A stretch of 64,000 nucleotides of DNA from Camelus dromedarius. Taxonomy: Eukaryota. Location of the stretch: NCBI RefSeq assembly GCF_036321535.1, contig NC_087437.1, positions 103,914,001-103,978,000 on the forward strand. Direction: 5' to 3'. The position numbers and the translations under genes were made by a program. Every line of letters begins with the position of its first letter. Position 1 is the stretch's first letter. Of the stretch, positions 39,070 through 51,889 are shown piece after piece. The notes beneath the pieces are model-generated. The model was not told the origin of the DNA. It did no database searches and saw only the letters and a list, made by a program, of their open reading frames with translations.

Positions 39070-40660
39070 TTTACTATGAAAACAATACATGAGAATACAG
39101 AAAACATATACCATGCTTAATGCTGAGAGAAAGAATGCTCACATGTTAAGACTGAGAACAAGACTAGGACATCCTACTTTATCACCACTAATATTCAAAA
39201 ATTCTTAAGTGTGAGCTAAGGTGATAAGGAAAGAAAAGTGAAGCGACCATGTTCTCCAGTAGATAAATGAGTAGACAAACTATACTTCATCCATATAATA
39301 AAAAAACTATGCAGCAATAAAAAATGAGGCATTAATTAAAAAAAATGTACAAAACTTAAATGTATACGACATATGAAAGAAGACAGAAAAGGCTTCATAC
39401 TTTATGAACCCATTTATGTGACATTCGGAATAGGCAAAATGATAGGGATAGGAGACAGGTCACTGGTTCCCATGGAACTGGCAAGAAGGTACTGTTTGAC
39501 AAAGAGAAATAAAGGGAATATTTTAGAGTGGTGGAATTAATTACAATTGATTCTCCTTATTCATGGATTTTGTATTCAAAAATTCATCTACTTGCTAAAA
39601 TTTACTTGCAACCTCAAAATGAATAGTCAGAGCACTTTCAAGATCACTTGCAGATGTACACAGTAATAACAATTTTGATTCATCAATGCACACATTCCCA
39701 GATGTCAAACAAAGCTCAGTTTTGCCGTTTTTCTTTTCAGTTCTCATACTGTAAACAATTACCCTTGTTGTTGTCTCCTTAATGTCATTTTTTATGTTGC
39801 GCTTTGTGTGTATGTGATCTCACTGTTTAACATGGTCCCCAAATGAGGGACCAAAGTGCTGTCTAGTATTCTTAAGATAAAAAAGGCTGTGATGGGTCTT
39901 ACTGAGAAAATATGTATATTAGAAAAGCTTCATGGAGGCATGATTTATAGCTCTGTTGGCTGTGAGTTCAGTGTTAATGAATCATCATGTGTATGTGTGT
40001 GTGTGTGTGTGTGTGTATGCACACGGTGTCTATAAGTAGAAACACTATTTGAATAGGTTATGTATTGGTTGGCTGAGGAAAAATATTTTGACCAGAATAA
40101 CAAAGAAACCTTACCTTTTATTTCTTCCAGGAATAATGGTTCAGTATTCAAAAACTCGGCGTTCACAGTGGCTTTATAGAACATAATTACTGTGAATAAA
40201 AAACTGCCCTGTAAAGGAACTGTAATATGAATACATAATGCTAAGCTTTTGTCCAAACCCATAAAGCTTTCAATAAACTTTAAAAAATTGACTAAAGTGT
40301 AAGAGGATCTCAGAATGGAATGCAGATTGTATAAGATAATCTATCTGGACTACAAATGCATGACATAGCCTCACTGAAGGTGATGGGGGAAAAAGGTGCT
40401 GACTTTTTCAGAGAAACTTTGGGGAACACCATTTTAATGTGACTAAAGACGAAAGGAATGCTACATAAATAGTATATTCTAGTTGGTCACATCTTTTTCT
40501 CATAGCAGTAAGTTGTAGCAATTCTGAAAACTCTGTACATATATAGTAAGACTGAAAAATAAGTCAATGGTTGGTGAATGGAGAGGGTGACCCCAGGCAA
40601 GCAGTGGGGGAAGGGTACAATGATCCAGGTGATACTGGAGTAGACTCAATGACATCAGTA
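39070..40660 (+). mobile_element. L1MC3-like 3' region interrupted by MER82
   Basis: ccatttatgtgacattcggaataggcaaaatgataggga; ggatctcagaatggaatgcagattg..tacaaatgcatgacatagcctcactgaaggtgatgggggaaaaaggtgctgac. Confidence 0.8.
39544..40211 (+). mobile_element. MER82 (TcMar-Tigger) non-autonomous DNA transposon, full length
   Basis: TA dinucleotides on both flanks; decayed TIRs caattgattctccttattcatgg / ctgtgaataaaaaactgccctg; internal aagtgctgtctagtattcttaag..aaggctgtgatgggtcttactgagaaaata; internal (TG)n at ~39987-40017. Confidence 0.88.
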
Positions 40661-40744
40661 TATTTCCTGTATCTATTTTTTGCCCTTTTTAAAAATTAAC
40701 TACTTTTATAGTATGTGCAAGACATTTTCCTTTATGGAAATGAC

Positions 40745-41160
40745 AGGTTTACTCATTTTTATTTTGCTCAGTCTTGTTAGAGGTTTATCAATTTTATTAG
40801 ATTTCATAAAGAACCAAACTTTGGCTTTGTTGGTTTGCTCTACTGTACATTTATTTCCTATTTCATTAGCTTCAGTTCATATCTTTATTATGTAATTACC
40901 TCTAATTCCTTTGGTGTTAAATTGTTGCTCTTTTTAGTTTCTTAAGATGCATGTATACATGACTGATTATCGCATTTTATTCTCTTCTCACACATGCTTT
41001 TAAGTGACAATTTTTTCTAAGTATGGTTTTAGCTTTATCCCACATGATTTATCTTGAATAAGACTGCTAAATAGATAAAAACTTTTCAATATTTTCGGGA
41101 CTTTTTCAATATTTATGTGTATTGTTTTCTAAAAAAGTTCAATTGTGGTCATAGAACATA
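40745..41160 (-). mobile_element. Old L1 ORF2 fragment
   Basis: tcagtcttgttagaggtttatcaattttattagatttcataaagaaccaaactttggctttgttg antisense ORF2 motif. Confidence 0.8.
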
Positions 41161-41382
41161 CGATTAATCATCTTTACCATCAATTTGGATATAAGGGCCA
41201 TTGTATGAGGGATTCTTAATCTTGTTAAAAATAGATAAATTCCCCATCTTTAGAAAATCAGTCCATATGTCTTTTTACACATTTCTGAATAGAGGACTAA
41301 AACTTTTCTATGTTTTGTGTACAAACAGTTTTTGAGGCCTTGCAGGAAATAGAAATAAAAAGGAATATATAACTTGTACTAA

Positions 41383-41442
41383 AGTTTGCATCACTCTGAA
41401 ATGTCATTTTTCAGGATCTTTAAAAATGTTCCTGTATATATA
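41383..41442 (+). repeat. 60-bp direct repeat, copy 1 (copy 2 at 42603-42662)
   Basis: Manual alignment gives 57/60 identity, no gaps. Confidence 0.93.
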
Positions 41443-43189
41443 GTAAATTTTGAAAAGTTAAAGGTGACTCATAGTTAATGATTTTTTAAAAATTGAGTCT
41501 TTTAAGCATATTTATTCTCCCTTATTATTACTAACCTCAGTTATTTTTTTTCCCTTCATGGATATCTTTCTCCTCCAATATGACTGTACTGTTGTTATAT
41601 TCCGTAGAATATAAATCAACATACCTAATCTGAAATATGCAAGGTTCAGTTTTCATAATACATTTTTAAAGCAAATTTTATAGTGTGGCATCATTGATCA
41701 AATCATTGTGACAGATGGTTAGATATACATCAGAATCCGTTTTCATAACCTATTTATCTGTAATTTAATATTGAATCATTTATAAATAGAATGACAATAA
41801 TTAAATAAAAGGGCAATAGTACAATAGAAAATCTTATTTTCTGCATAAAGTTTTCTAAATGATTTCTGATGATTTAAAAGGTAGTTGTACTGCCTTAATC
41901 TATATCCATTCAGTTAAATCTCTTAATGAAACAGGAACAGATTTTTAATATCATTATTTCATGTTCAGACCTCATCCTATAGTTTAAAACTCCCTGGAAA
42001 AAAGTTATAATAAAATTGTGGAGAAATAAACAAATTTGATTTATAAAATTAAATGGTGTTAAGCAAAGTAACCATAAATAATTTTTTGGTAAGCATTAAA
42101 GGAGGCCATTGGAGGTGATAAGTGGTTACAAAATTTTAAGGATTTCATTAAAAATAGGTGTTATGTAATGTTTTACTGTTTGGATTAATTATCAATGACC
42201 CATACCTATACTTTTATATGCAGATAGGGAATCGTCTTGAAGTTCTCCGGAAAGTCATAGCTATAAATCTGCTGGTCGAAAACCATGAATTAAGATTCTC
42301 TCTGCCCAGGTTCATAAAGTACACCAGGGAGACTTCCAAATTCAGTAGTCATCTGGCACTGATTATGAGTGATGTGTTTATTTGTATTTTTAATGGAAAA
42401 ATCATTTATTCTCATTGTCAAATCCTTCAGAGTAGTACTCAGAGTGAATCCATTTGAAAACAGTGGTGCTTTCTATTCTCTTGGACCAACCAAATGGGAT
42501 TCTTTGTCTATGCTAATCCGGAATATCGGTAGCATCCTCTCAAAAAGTCAGGGAAAGGACCATTTTCCTTCATTACACACAAACACACACATGCATATAT
42601 ATAGTTCGCATCACTCTGAAATGTCACTTTTCAGGATCTTTAAAAATGTTCCCGTATATATATTTATACTGAAATACAGTAAGACTGATACGACACACGA
42701 ATTCTCATTTGCTTTGATTTCACACAAGGGCTGATTTAACATTATACGTAAATTTCTATTTATGCTTTTTATCATCTGTTTTCTAACATTACTTCATTCC
42801 TTCATTAGTTTACATTTTTTATTCTTCTTGTGATGAGCTACACATTTAACTTATTTCTATTTAGTTTTAAGTGTATCTCATATACTGTAAGTAGCACACA
42901 GTATGTTTGCACCAATCCACAGAAAAATTCCTGCCCCCTCCATTGTATTTGTATTTTCTCCAGAAAATGAGTCTTTGCAGAAAAAAAAAAACATGGCACT
43001 GAGCAGTATCCATGTTTCAGGCATGACCTGTCAGGCTCACAGTTGATGTCAATGTACTGTGACTTTGGGGATTATCTCTGTCTCTCTCAAAATGTATATT
43101 CTTGCCATTTGTTAGTTATAATAAAAATGGCTAAAATGCTATTGATGAGTAATAATGTAAGCCAACACTTGTTATAGAACTATAGTAAG

Positions 43190-43315
43190 TTGAGAAAATT
43201 CTTTAATATCTGTGCTTCAGCTTTCCTGTCTCTACAGCGATAACAGGACACACATCATAGAATTGGTAGGTGGAACTGGCTGAGAACCTCTTACATGATT
43301 CCTAGAACAGTGGAA
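43190..43315 (+). mobile_element. MIR fragment
   Basis: tttaatatctgtgcttcagctttcctgtctctaca core..catcatagaattggtagg..cctagaacagtg. Confidence 0.6.
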
Positions 43316-43384
43316 CTACCAATTTCCTTTTCACTCTTTGCCTTGTCTGTATTCTGTTCCTGCCCGTGAACTCCCATGACGTCC

Positions 43385-44002
43385 GGACTCTATACAGAAG
43401 CCAGAGTGTTTGCCCTAAAAAGTAAAGTTTTTGTCTCTTCCCTGGACAAACCCTGCAATGGCTTTCCATTTTACTCAGTACAAGTGGAAGCTCTTACAAC
43501 AGCCAACAAGGATTTAGACCATCTTGCCCCTGTTTGTGTTTGGATCCAACTACCCACTTTATATCATTGTCCAGCCATGCTATCCTCTGCTTGTTAGTCA
43601 AACCTTTTCTTTCCTTGGCATTCTTTGCTAACTGTTCTCTCAACCTGGAATTGGTTTCCCCACACATCTCGTGTCACGTCCCTTTCCAGCTTTAAGTCTT
43701 TATTCAAATGCCACCTTCAAGACTTTTTAAATGGGATCCCCAAAGTGATTATATTCAAAATGCGAACTAGCCCTCTACAATCTTTACATTCACCACTTTT
43801 CACATGCAAGGAGTCCCACCTCTCATTCTATATGTTCGCTTGTATGTTACAGTCCTTTTGTCCTTTTCTGTCCCCCAGCATATAAACACCATGAGGCAGA
43901 CATATGTTTGACTGTTCTGTTTGCTGATACAGGACCCTAATGTGACACCAGGATCAGAATGGGCACTCAATATATCTGCTGAATGGATAAATAAGTGAAT
44001 GT
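43385..44002 (+). mobile_element. L2a 3' end
   Basis: acagaagccagagtg; aaccctgcaatggctttccattttactcag; tttaagtctttattcaaatgccacctt; gggcactcaatatatctgctgaatggataaataagtgaatg terminus. Confidence 0.85.
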
Positions 44003-45572
44003 CAATGTAGTTTAGGAACAAGAAAAGCAGGGTTCTGTAGTGTCACAGGAAACATCAGGTATATGCACATAAAGTTCCTTTTGGGCCATGTGTTTAACAC
44101 AAAGACACATATAATTTCAAGACAAAAACCATACGTCTCAATGTAAAGAGGAAGTTTTAGCTCATTAAGTTGTATTCACTTTCTTTTGGAACTACTCAAA
44201 CTTCAAATCTATGGCATTCATATGACACATATAGGAACATAACAAGAATTTTAGACAATTTCTGAAAATCATTTGAGGTGAAACAGCAGTACATCCAAAA
44301 GCATATATAGATGAGCTAGAATCAATATATTTGACAAATTATGTATTTACGGAAAAGTCTTGACAGGAACAAGAGGGGGAGAAATGAAAAAAGACTACTT
44401 TCAAAGAAAATAATTTATTCACTTTCTGTGCAAAAACTAAAATGCTATCACTTAAAATTTATTTTCTAATGATCGCTAATGTAAAAGACCTGAGCAGAAA
44501 CCTGGATGTAAGGTCATAAACGTAAGTTGTATTTTATTTGGAGAATTTAGATTAGGGATGTAGACCTAAAAGGCAAACATCCTCTGAGAAACTGATTTAG
44601 AATATTTTAGCTTTTAACAAGATGAAACATCAAAAATAGAAAAGAATTTCAAACACAAGCTATGCCTTATTCTAAATAACAGTTGGGAATTTCAAATGCC
44701 CACTCTCCACTAAGACAGCCATTTCTCAAAGCATTTCAGATTTCTGTGAGCTCAGCTCTAGACCACGAATTCCTGCCATCTCTTGTTTTCCACTAAGTCA
44801 TTTACTTCAGTTCAAATGTATTCACCACTGTTTGAAATCAGGTGTCTGCAAAATACATTATACAATGCTAAATGATTCCTATTTACTTAAAATACTAGGT
44901 AGGGTTAATTGCCTTTCTTTTTTCTCAATGCACGTTTCACCTCTTATCTTTGGCTTCAGTGCTAATGTTTCCTGATGCCATCATATTTTGTTTATCGTGG
45001 GAAGGTAAAGTTTCTGTGGTCTCAACAGGTACTGAAACAGGCTTTGATTACTAATGCAATCTGCATTAATTTAACTCCAGTCAAATGAGCACTGACTGGC
45101 ATCAGCACTTATAATCAGGACAGATCTCAAAATGTACTCAGCCTCACATATTTCCTTTGTTCATCTGCCCTATATTTATACAGGTAAACATCTCATAAAA
45201 TCAGACAAATTAAAATAAAATAGTAGTTATTTCCATAAAGGTAGACATTTTTATAATCTTTACCCCAGTGTACAAAGCAGATAAAAAAATACAACTCAAA
45301 AGAGTTATGTAACTTTCTTAATGGAAGTTGATCAATAACTAATTTGCCTAAACGAAGTGGAAAACAAGTGATTGCCACCATTGTGTAAAGCAGGGGATTA
45401 TTACTTTAGCAGTTTTCTTTTAATTTGATAATGATAGTAGTTAAAGGTGTAGAAGTTCAAAACTTCATATTATAAAAGTAAACTCCTGTCAATCATTTCC
45501 TAATCGTACAATATTTTGACAGAAGGACAAGAATAAGTGAAGTTATAAAAGCTCAAAAATACATTTAAACCA

Positions 45573-45632
45573 GCAGGGTTAAGAGGTAGATTACTCCCTG
45601 CCGCAGGGTTAAGAGGTAGATTACTCCCTGCC
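45573..45632. repeat. Perfect 2 x 30-bp tandem duplication
   Basis: gcagggttaagaggtagattactccctgcc occurs twice in succession. Confidence 0.97.
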
Positions 45633-46309
45633 TACATTCGCAGACGTTTTCTGCTCCCTAAATTAGAAGGGGATCATAAGTAAAACGTCTGTCTGCTAGT
45701 AGGAAATATAAAGATACAAGGAATATGAATAAAAATACTGTATCTTAGCTCCATCTAACCAATTTCCCTGACATGAGGGAGATGTGCTGATAAATTCAGC
45801 AATACCTTTCCAGCTACCATTGTGTATCTGATTATGGCTACGGCTGGGATAAATCTAGCTTTTTCTCAACTATCTATTATAAGCTGTTATCATGCTGTGT
45901 TGCCAAATATTTTCCATTCTCTGCCTTTCCAATCAATGTGATTTTAGCATCTTATTATTCTGTATATGCTTGGTGCATCTGACTAGTTTAGGCCACTTAA
46001 TCGTAAGAAGCAGTGATGTGAGTCACGGTCAGATAAGAGAATTTAACTGCCAGTAGCAGAGCTGAGTGAGATCTTTCATTCTGCTGAAGTGATGGAAAAA
46101 TGTCAACTTAATGACTCTTCCAATAGACGGGATCCCTGGAGTGAGGAGATGAGGGATACAGCCCCTAGTTTATCTGAAATGGACAAAGTTAACAAGACTG
46201 AAACATGAATCCATGTTGTCTAAGGTCACTTTAGTTCCAGGATTATATTTTTACCTCTCTAATTAATTATGACACTTAAAAACTGTTTGAAGAGGACTGT
46301 TTACCTATC

Positions 46310-47080
46310 ATTCGAAGCACAGTTAATACACTGGTGAACAAGACTGACAAACTTATGCCACAGTGGTTAAGACCATAAGCAAAAACAATACACAATTGTA
46401 TATAATTTCAAGGACATGTAAGTACTATGAAGTAATTAAAACAGGGTAATGGTAAGGAAAGACATAAAGGAGGTGGCTGAAATAGTGACATTTATAATAG
46501 AAGATGAAGAAGAAACAATATAAAAATCTGGAGACAGTGTCTTTTAGTTATAAGAAAACAGTTTCCTACAATGGAAACCATGGTAAATTGAGAAGACAGA
46601 ACAAAGTCCCATATGTCTACGGATGCCAGATAGAGAAGTATACAATTAGATTGGAGAGAAAGATGGGCCCAGTTGGTGTAGGACCATGGATCATATGGAA
46701 AGATGTTTGCAACAGGAATTTACTGGAATGTCCCAATGAGCAGGAGAGTGGTCTGATCTCATCTGCATTTTGAGGAGACCATCTGCTGTATTGTAGAGGG
46801 TTAACTTTGGTCAGGCAAAAATGGAAGGAAGATTATTAAGTACCTACAGCAAGGGACAATGTGCAAGATGCTGCTTTCACAAAATAGCTTGCTATGATGG
46901 GACGTAGGAAAAAAGCAAAGAATTTGAGCTATATTTGCAGATAACACAGAAAAGTGCATGCCATTGTTTGGAGTAAGTGGTGTTAAGGGATAGAGGTAGA
47001 AGAATTAATCCTAGGGTTTTGGCCTGAGTAAATGGGTATACGGTAATATAATTTTGGAGAATGTAAAGTAAGGAGGAAAT
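46310..47080 (-). mobile_element. L2 fragments
   Basis: atacactggtgaacaagactgacaaa; agagtggtctgatctcatctgcattttgaggagaccatctgctg; tcctagggttttggcctgagtaaatggg. Confidence 0.75.
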
Positions 47081-47409
47081 TCATTTTCATCATGTATGTA
47101 CTCTAAAAATTATGTTCTTTAAACTTTAATCATAGAGATATAAATTTTCAGGGCAAGAAAAATGGTATAACTCTTCTCCTAAGGACACACCAGAAGTATT
47201 ACTTAGCACAATTCATAAAAAGTCTGTTTCAAGAACACCCATCCTGCCAATGTCTCAGATCTACTAAGGACTGACACAAAAGCAGCATCTAGGTTTATCA
47301 ATATGATAAACAGAAACGCATTGAAACATACACCAATAAGATTAATGCTAAAATAGCAATATTAACATTAAATCATATTTTCAATAACACTACTAATTAC
47401 TAATTAAAT

Positions 47410-47600
47410 ACGTCTTCGGGGCCAAATTTTTCTGAATACTTTCATATACATTTTACTAGCCTTTTCAATTCTACTATTAGGCAGGGATAATTAGATTCAT
47501 GTGACAATTGAGAAAACACCATGAGAGAATTTTAAATGACTTGCTAATAAGTTAGTGGCAGATATGCTATAAAAATTCAGAAATGATGGCTACTAAACTT
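47410..47600 (-). mobile_element. MIR fragment
   Basis: tgaatactttcatataca..ttaggcagggataatt..tgacaattgagaaaacacc..ttaaatgacttgct..ttagtggcaga. Confidence 0.65.
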
Positions 47601-48589
47601 GTTAAGTTTGGTTGTGCAGCATGTTGTAGTTTACTAAAATTTCCTCCTTGGAATGCCGTCACACATCAGAGAGCAGAGAGCAAGGTCAAAAGAAAAGAAA
47701 GATAAGTCCCACTTATCACAAAAGTGTCCCATTTAACTTCTTAACTACAGATAAAATAGTCCAGGTATCTTTGTTCCAGAAGACAGGTATCAAAATCCCA
47801 GAGGAGAAATAAAATGGCAAGAGTCATATGATGATGAGGTGTTTTTTAGAGGATATTCAACAATGTCCACTCTCAACATTTCTACTCTAGTGAAATCAGA
47901 TACAGTGTGGTAAAAATAACTAATTTTTATTTGTTTTTTTAAAGTGGCAATATGTTATCAATGGGAATATGTTCACAGTAGTAAGTTATCTCAACTATTT
48001 CCATTTGGGTGGAGGAAGAGGAAGGGTTTTTGTGATGGAAAGCAAGAGGATGAAATCGTTTCCCATCTATTTCTAATTCCACAAGACAAAGGATTTGGAG
48101 ACTTTCCCAATTTCAAATTCTTTAAAACTGTTTCTAAGACTTGTTTTGTTGAGTCAATATTCCTGAAGGTCTTAATATACTATTGTCCATGATAATAAGT
48201 ATATTTGCACATGATGTCAACTGTTCATAGTCTTTGAGAAATCAGTTATCAGACAAAAAAGGAAATCACACCACCAAAAGTCTGTCCAGCATCTAATCTT
48301 ATTTTTGTAAGACAATGTTTTTGTCAAGATTATTTAAAATTCAATTATTGATTACTATCAAATTAAAATTAAAATAGACAAGCATTTTTATTTCCAACAG
48401 GGAAAACTATTTTTTGTAAGAAGCCAAGTGTATTATCACTAACTTCTGGAATTTAATATTAAATATATTACCTTATAAATGTATTTAAATAAAAGTTTGA
48501 ATGTGTAACCTAGAATAAGGAGAGTCAAAAGATAATGCATTAAGCCTATAACGCAACTTGAATAATTTCTGTTAATATGTTGGGTAGCC

Positions 48590-49850
48590 AAAGTAAATGT
48601 TATTTTCTGTAGAGATATTCAATTTCTCCAGTCATTATTGATAGAGAATATTAATCATTGTCCAACTAAATTGCAGTGGCAACACTTCTAGAAATAATGT
48701 GACAGTAGGTGTGTCCATTATGTTCCTTAGATCAGTTTACCTTAAATTTCATTCAGTCCAATGACTCTAGTTTCACTAAAGTTTTAAATCTGGTACTACC
48801 ATGTTTGTTCCTTTAAGTTGCCATAAGAAACTTAAAAATCAGATTGTAAATTAGGAAAAAAGTCTTCTTATGATTTGAGATTTTATTTAATCTTTACATC
48901 AATAAAATGTTTGAAAATTAAGCAAGGGCTTTCTAAATAATTAATTACTTCAACACACTGAATCTTTTAATGTTTGAACATTCTATATGTCATTAGATTC
49001 ATTAATTTTCATAGAATTTTTTTCTAAAGTGCATTATATTTTCTTATTTGACATAGGCGTTAATTAAATCCATTATGGTCAGAGAATATGCTGTATGATG
49101 GTAATCTGTTTGGTCATATACTGGGTATGAAAAACAATTTTAATAAGTGAAGGAAGAGTTTTCTGCAGGTTTTGAATGTAGTGTTCATAATACGTGAAGT
49201 TACCAATAAATAAGTAAAGAAGCAAATTCACTAATTATGTATTCAAACAGTATATATCATTAATGTATTTTTCGACCTGATTTATCAGCTATTGAAAAAG
49301 ATTGGTTAAATTTTTCAATTATGTGTGTTACTTTTCAGACTTCTCTTTTTAATACTGTCAATATCTTTGGGGTTTTTGGTACATATATTTGTATTGAAGT
49401 ACAGTCAGTTTACAATGTTGTGTCAATTTCTGGTGTACAGCATAATACTTCAGTCATACATGAACATACATATATTTATTTTCAGTCTTTTTTCAATGTA
49501 AGTTACTATAAGATATAGAATATCATCCCAGGTGCTATACAGTATGAACTTATTGTTTAATATCTTTGTTTTAAAGAATCTAAGCCTATATTATTGGGAT
49601 CATAAAATTTTAGGAATGGGCTTCTGTTGATCGACACTTAAATCATTATCATCCCAAATAACACATGTATTCTTAAGGTTATCTTGTTGTAGAGTCACAG
49701 AACCTTCAATCCATTAGTGTTTACAATATAGAACTTAATGTTTTTGTTCTTTTTAATCTATATTTTTATAGTATTCCTTGTAACCAGTATATAGCTGGGT
49801 GAGTAGTTTTAGTCTCATTTGGAAATCTTTGACTTAAAAAAAGTCTATTT
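48590..49850 (-). mobile_element. Old L1ME-type ORF2 fragments
   Basis: gatattcaatttctccagtcattattg; ccattatggtcagagaatatgctgtatga; tgatttatcagctattgaaaaagattggttaaattttt. Confidence 0.7.
49370..49558 (-). mobile_element. Short 5'-truncated young L1 3' end nested in the old L1
   Basis: attgaagtacagtcagtttacaatgttgtgtcaatttctggtgtacagca..gtgctatacagta; TSD aatatctttg at 49360-49369 and 49559-49568, followed by TTTT|AA. Confidence 0.9.
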
Positions 49851-51856
49851 TTAGATAAGTTTAGACATTCCAAAAGATAGGAGAACAGTAAAGAGATGCT
49901 GTTTGCCTTTACCCAGTTTCCTTCATATTAACATTGCACATTTATCAAAGAAATGGCTTAAAACCCAGCTCACTGAGGAAAATCTCTTCCCTGTTGTGAA
50001 CTTTAGTTCCTTCACACATTGTTTCTTCCACAGCTCACCAATGTCTTTAGAAATACGACATTTCAATGTTTCCATTTATTTCTAGTTATTGAAGGAGGAA
50101 CAAACTGTTGCCTGATGCTACCTGCAATACCCTATCAGAAAACAAAATGTATTCAAATTCAAACTGATTGAGGTTCAGAAATCTTTCCATATTACCTAAT
50201 AGCTGATTAACAGTATATGGGAAAACATCTTAGATTCCTGTGAAATATTTCCAAAGGTAATATGTAGTAAATCAAAGGATAAATAGATTTTTCACATGAT
50301 TAAGTACTATTAATATTATTTTTCACAGAAAAAATGATACCGACTTCTTATTAGTTGGTATATAATGAAGCAGTATTTCCAACTATGAGAGCAGGTATGT
50401 AGGTGCTTATTTCCCACTCTTCGCTAGGTTTGCCCGGTAATCAAGGCTTGGATATGAAACGTGGATTGACAAGGAAAGTGCTTTTGTAACCACCACACCA
50501 CCAAACCTCATACACTTTCCACAGGAATCAAAAGTAAGCCTCTTTGTAAGCAGAGCAGGTTATTCCTAATTTAGGAAGATTTCTTAGGTGTTATGAATAA
50601 CATGAATAATCTCTCCTGTGTCTTCTTCACCTTCAGCAAGATGCCTGAAATGCCCTAGAAAAGGCTTGTTTATTTAGATTCAATACATTATTGTTTTGAT
50701 ATGAAAATACCACATAAAATAGTAAACACATCATTACCAAAGCAATTTTGTTTGTGGGGACAAGGTGCATGATGAAAAGTTACGGGCTGTTAAGACTAGA
50801 CAAGAGAAGAAAAAGGAAACATTTGAAAGCAATGATAAAGGAGAACTAGTAAGAGAGGATGGACGCTCTAAAGCAGATCTTTATCATCGCCCAAAGTGGT
50901 AGCAACCTGGGTGTTACTGGCAAACTCATCCGTCAGTAGCTAAATTTCCAATAGTTCTAAGACTTAAGTTTTAGCCTAGGATGATAGATGCAGAATAGTA
51001 ACAAGAAATCCAAAATATAAAGTAAGTGAAATCCTTCCTGCCAGTAATTTTTAGAATATAACGGAAATAGTTTCATAACAGGCACAAAAATATGGTGCAA
51101 AGCCAAATTCTTTTGGTGTTATTGAGGTCTCTTGAGGCACTGAACATACGCTGGAATGAGTGGATTGCAGAATTGAGGTAGCATTAACCATGAAAAGGGG
51201 AATTGAAGAGAAATTGGCAGTGCAAGAGTCCTAACTGAAAATTTCAACTAACTCTTTATTCTTGATATCACCCCTGACTTACACTTCTACATTTTTTCTT
51301 AATTCATACATTGTTATCCTTATAAACTATAAACATTTTTTTAGAATTTTATGATTTGTACTTTGTAAAGATTTTCACATGTGGAAACTTTACACTTGAA
51401 ATGATTATTTTTTGAAAAATTAAGTGGACCATATGTCTCTATAATCAGATTTAGTACTTAAATCACTGTCACTTTAAAGGGTGACTTTTGATATTCTTTA
51501 ATGCCAATTACCAAGTCATTTGCTTTCTCAGCTGGCTTTCTTTTCCTTTTCTGTTAAATCACAACTGGTTGTGCCACACTGTGATGTTCTCATTAACACT
51601 TCAGACACATAATTAGCACATTATTTATTGCTTTTATCTAATTGCCTATTCAAAAAGATTAACACTTATCTATGTATTCTGTTGTAGTAATCAAAGATGA
51701 AGCATGTGTTTTTGAACTTTCTTTAGGGTATCAGCTTATCTGGGGGCAAGCAATACACCAAATACGACTTGTACCCGTAGGGAATTTACAATGATTTGGT
51801 TAATACAAAATACACTTTGTAACATTTTGATATGTACATCTAGATCTAGACATACT

Positions 51857-51889
51857 ATAGATAGATAGATAGATAGGTGATAGATAGAT
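51857..51889. repeat. (TAGA)n tetranucleotide repeat
   Basis: atagatagatagatagataggtgatagatagat read directly. Confidence 0.9.

Noticed and set aside
45145..45190. Recursive splice site (pyrimidine tract-CAG|GTAAAC)
   Set aside because: The reconstituted donor is weak (GTAAAC) and there is no evidence of a plus-strand host transcript.
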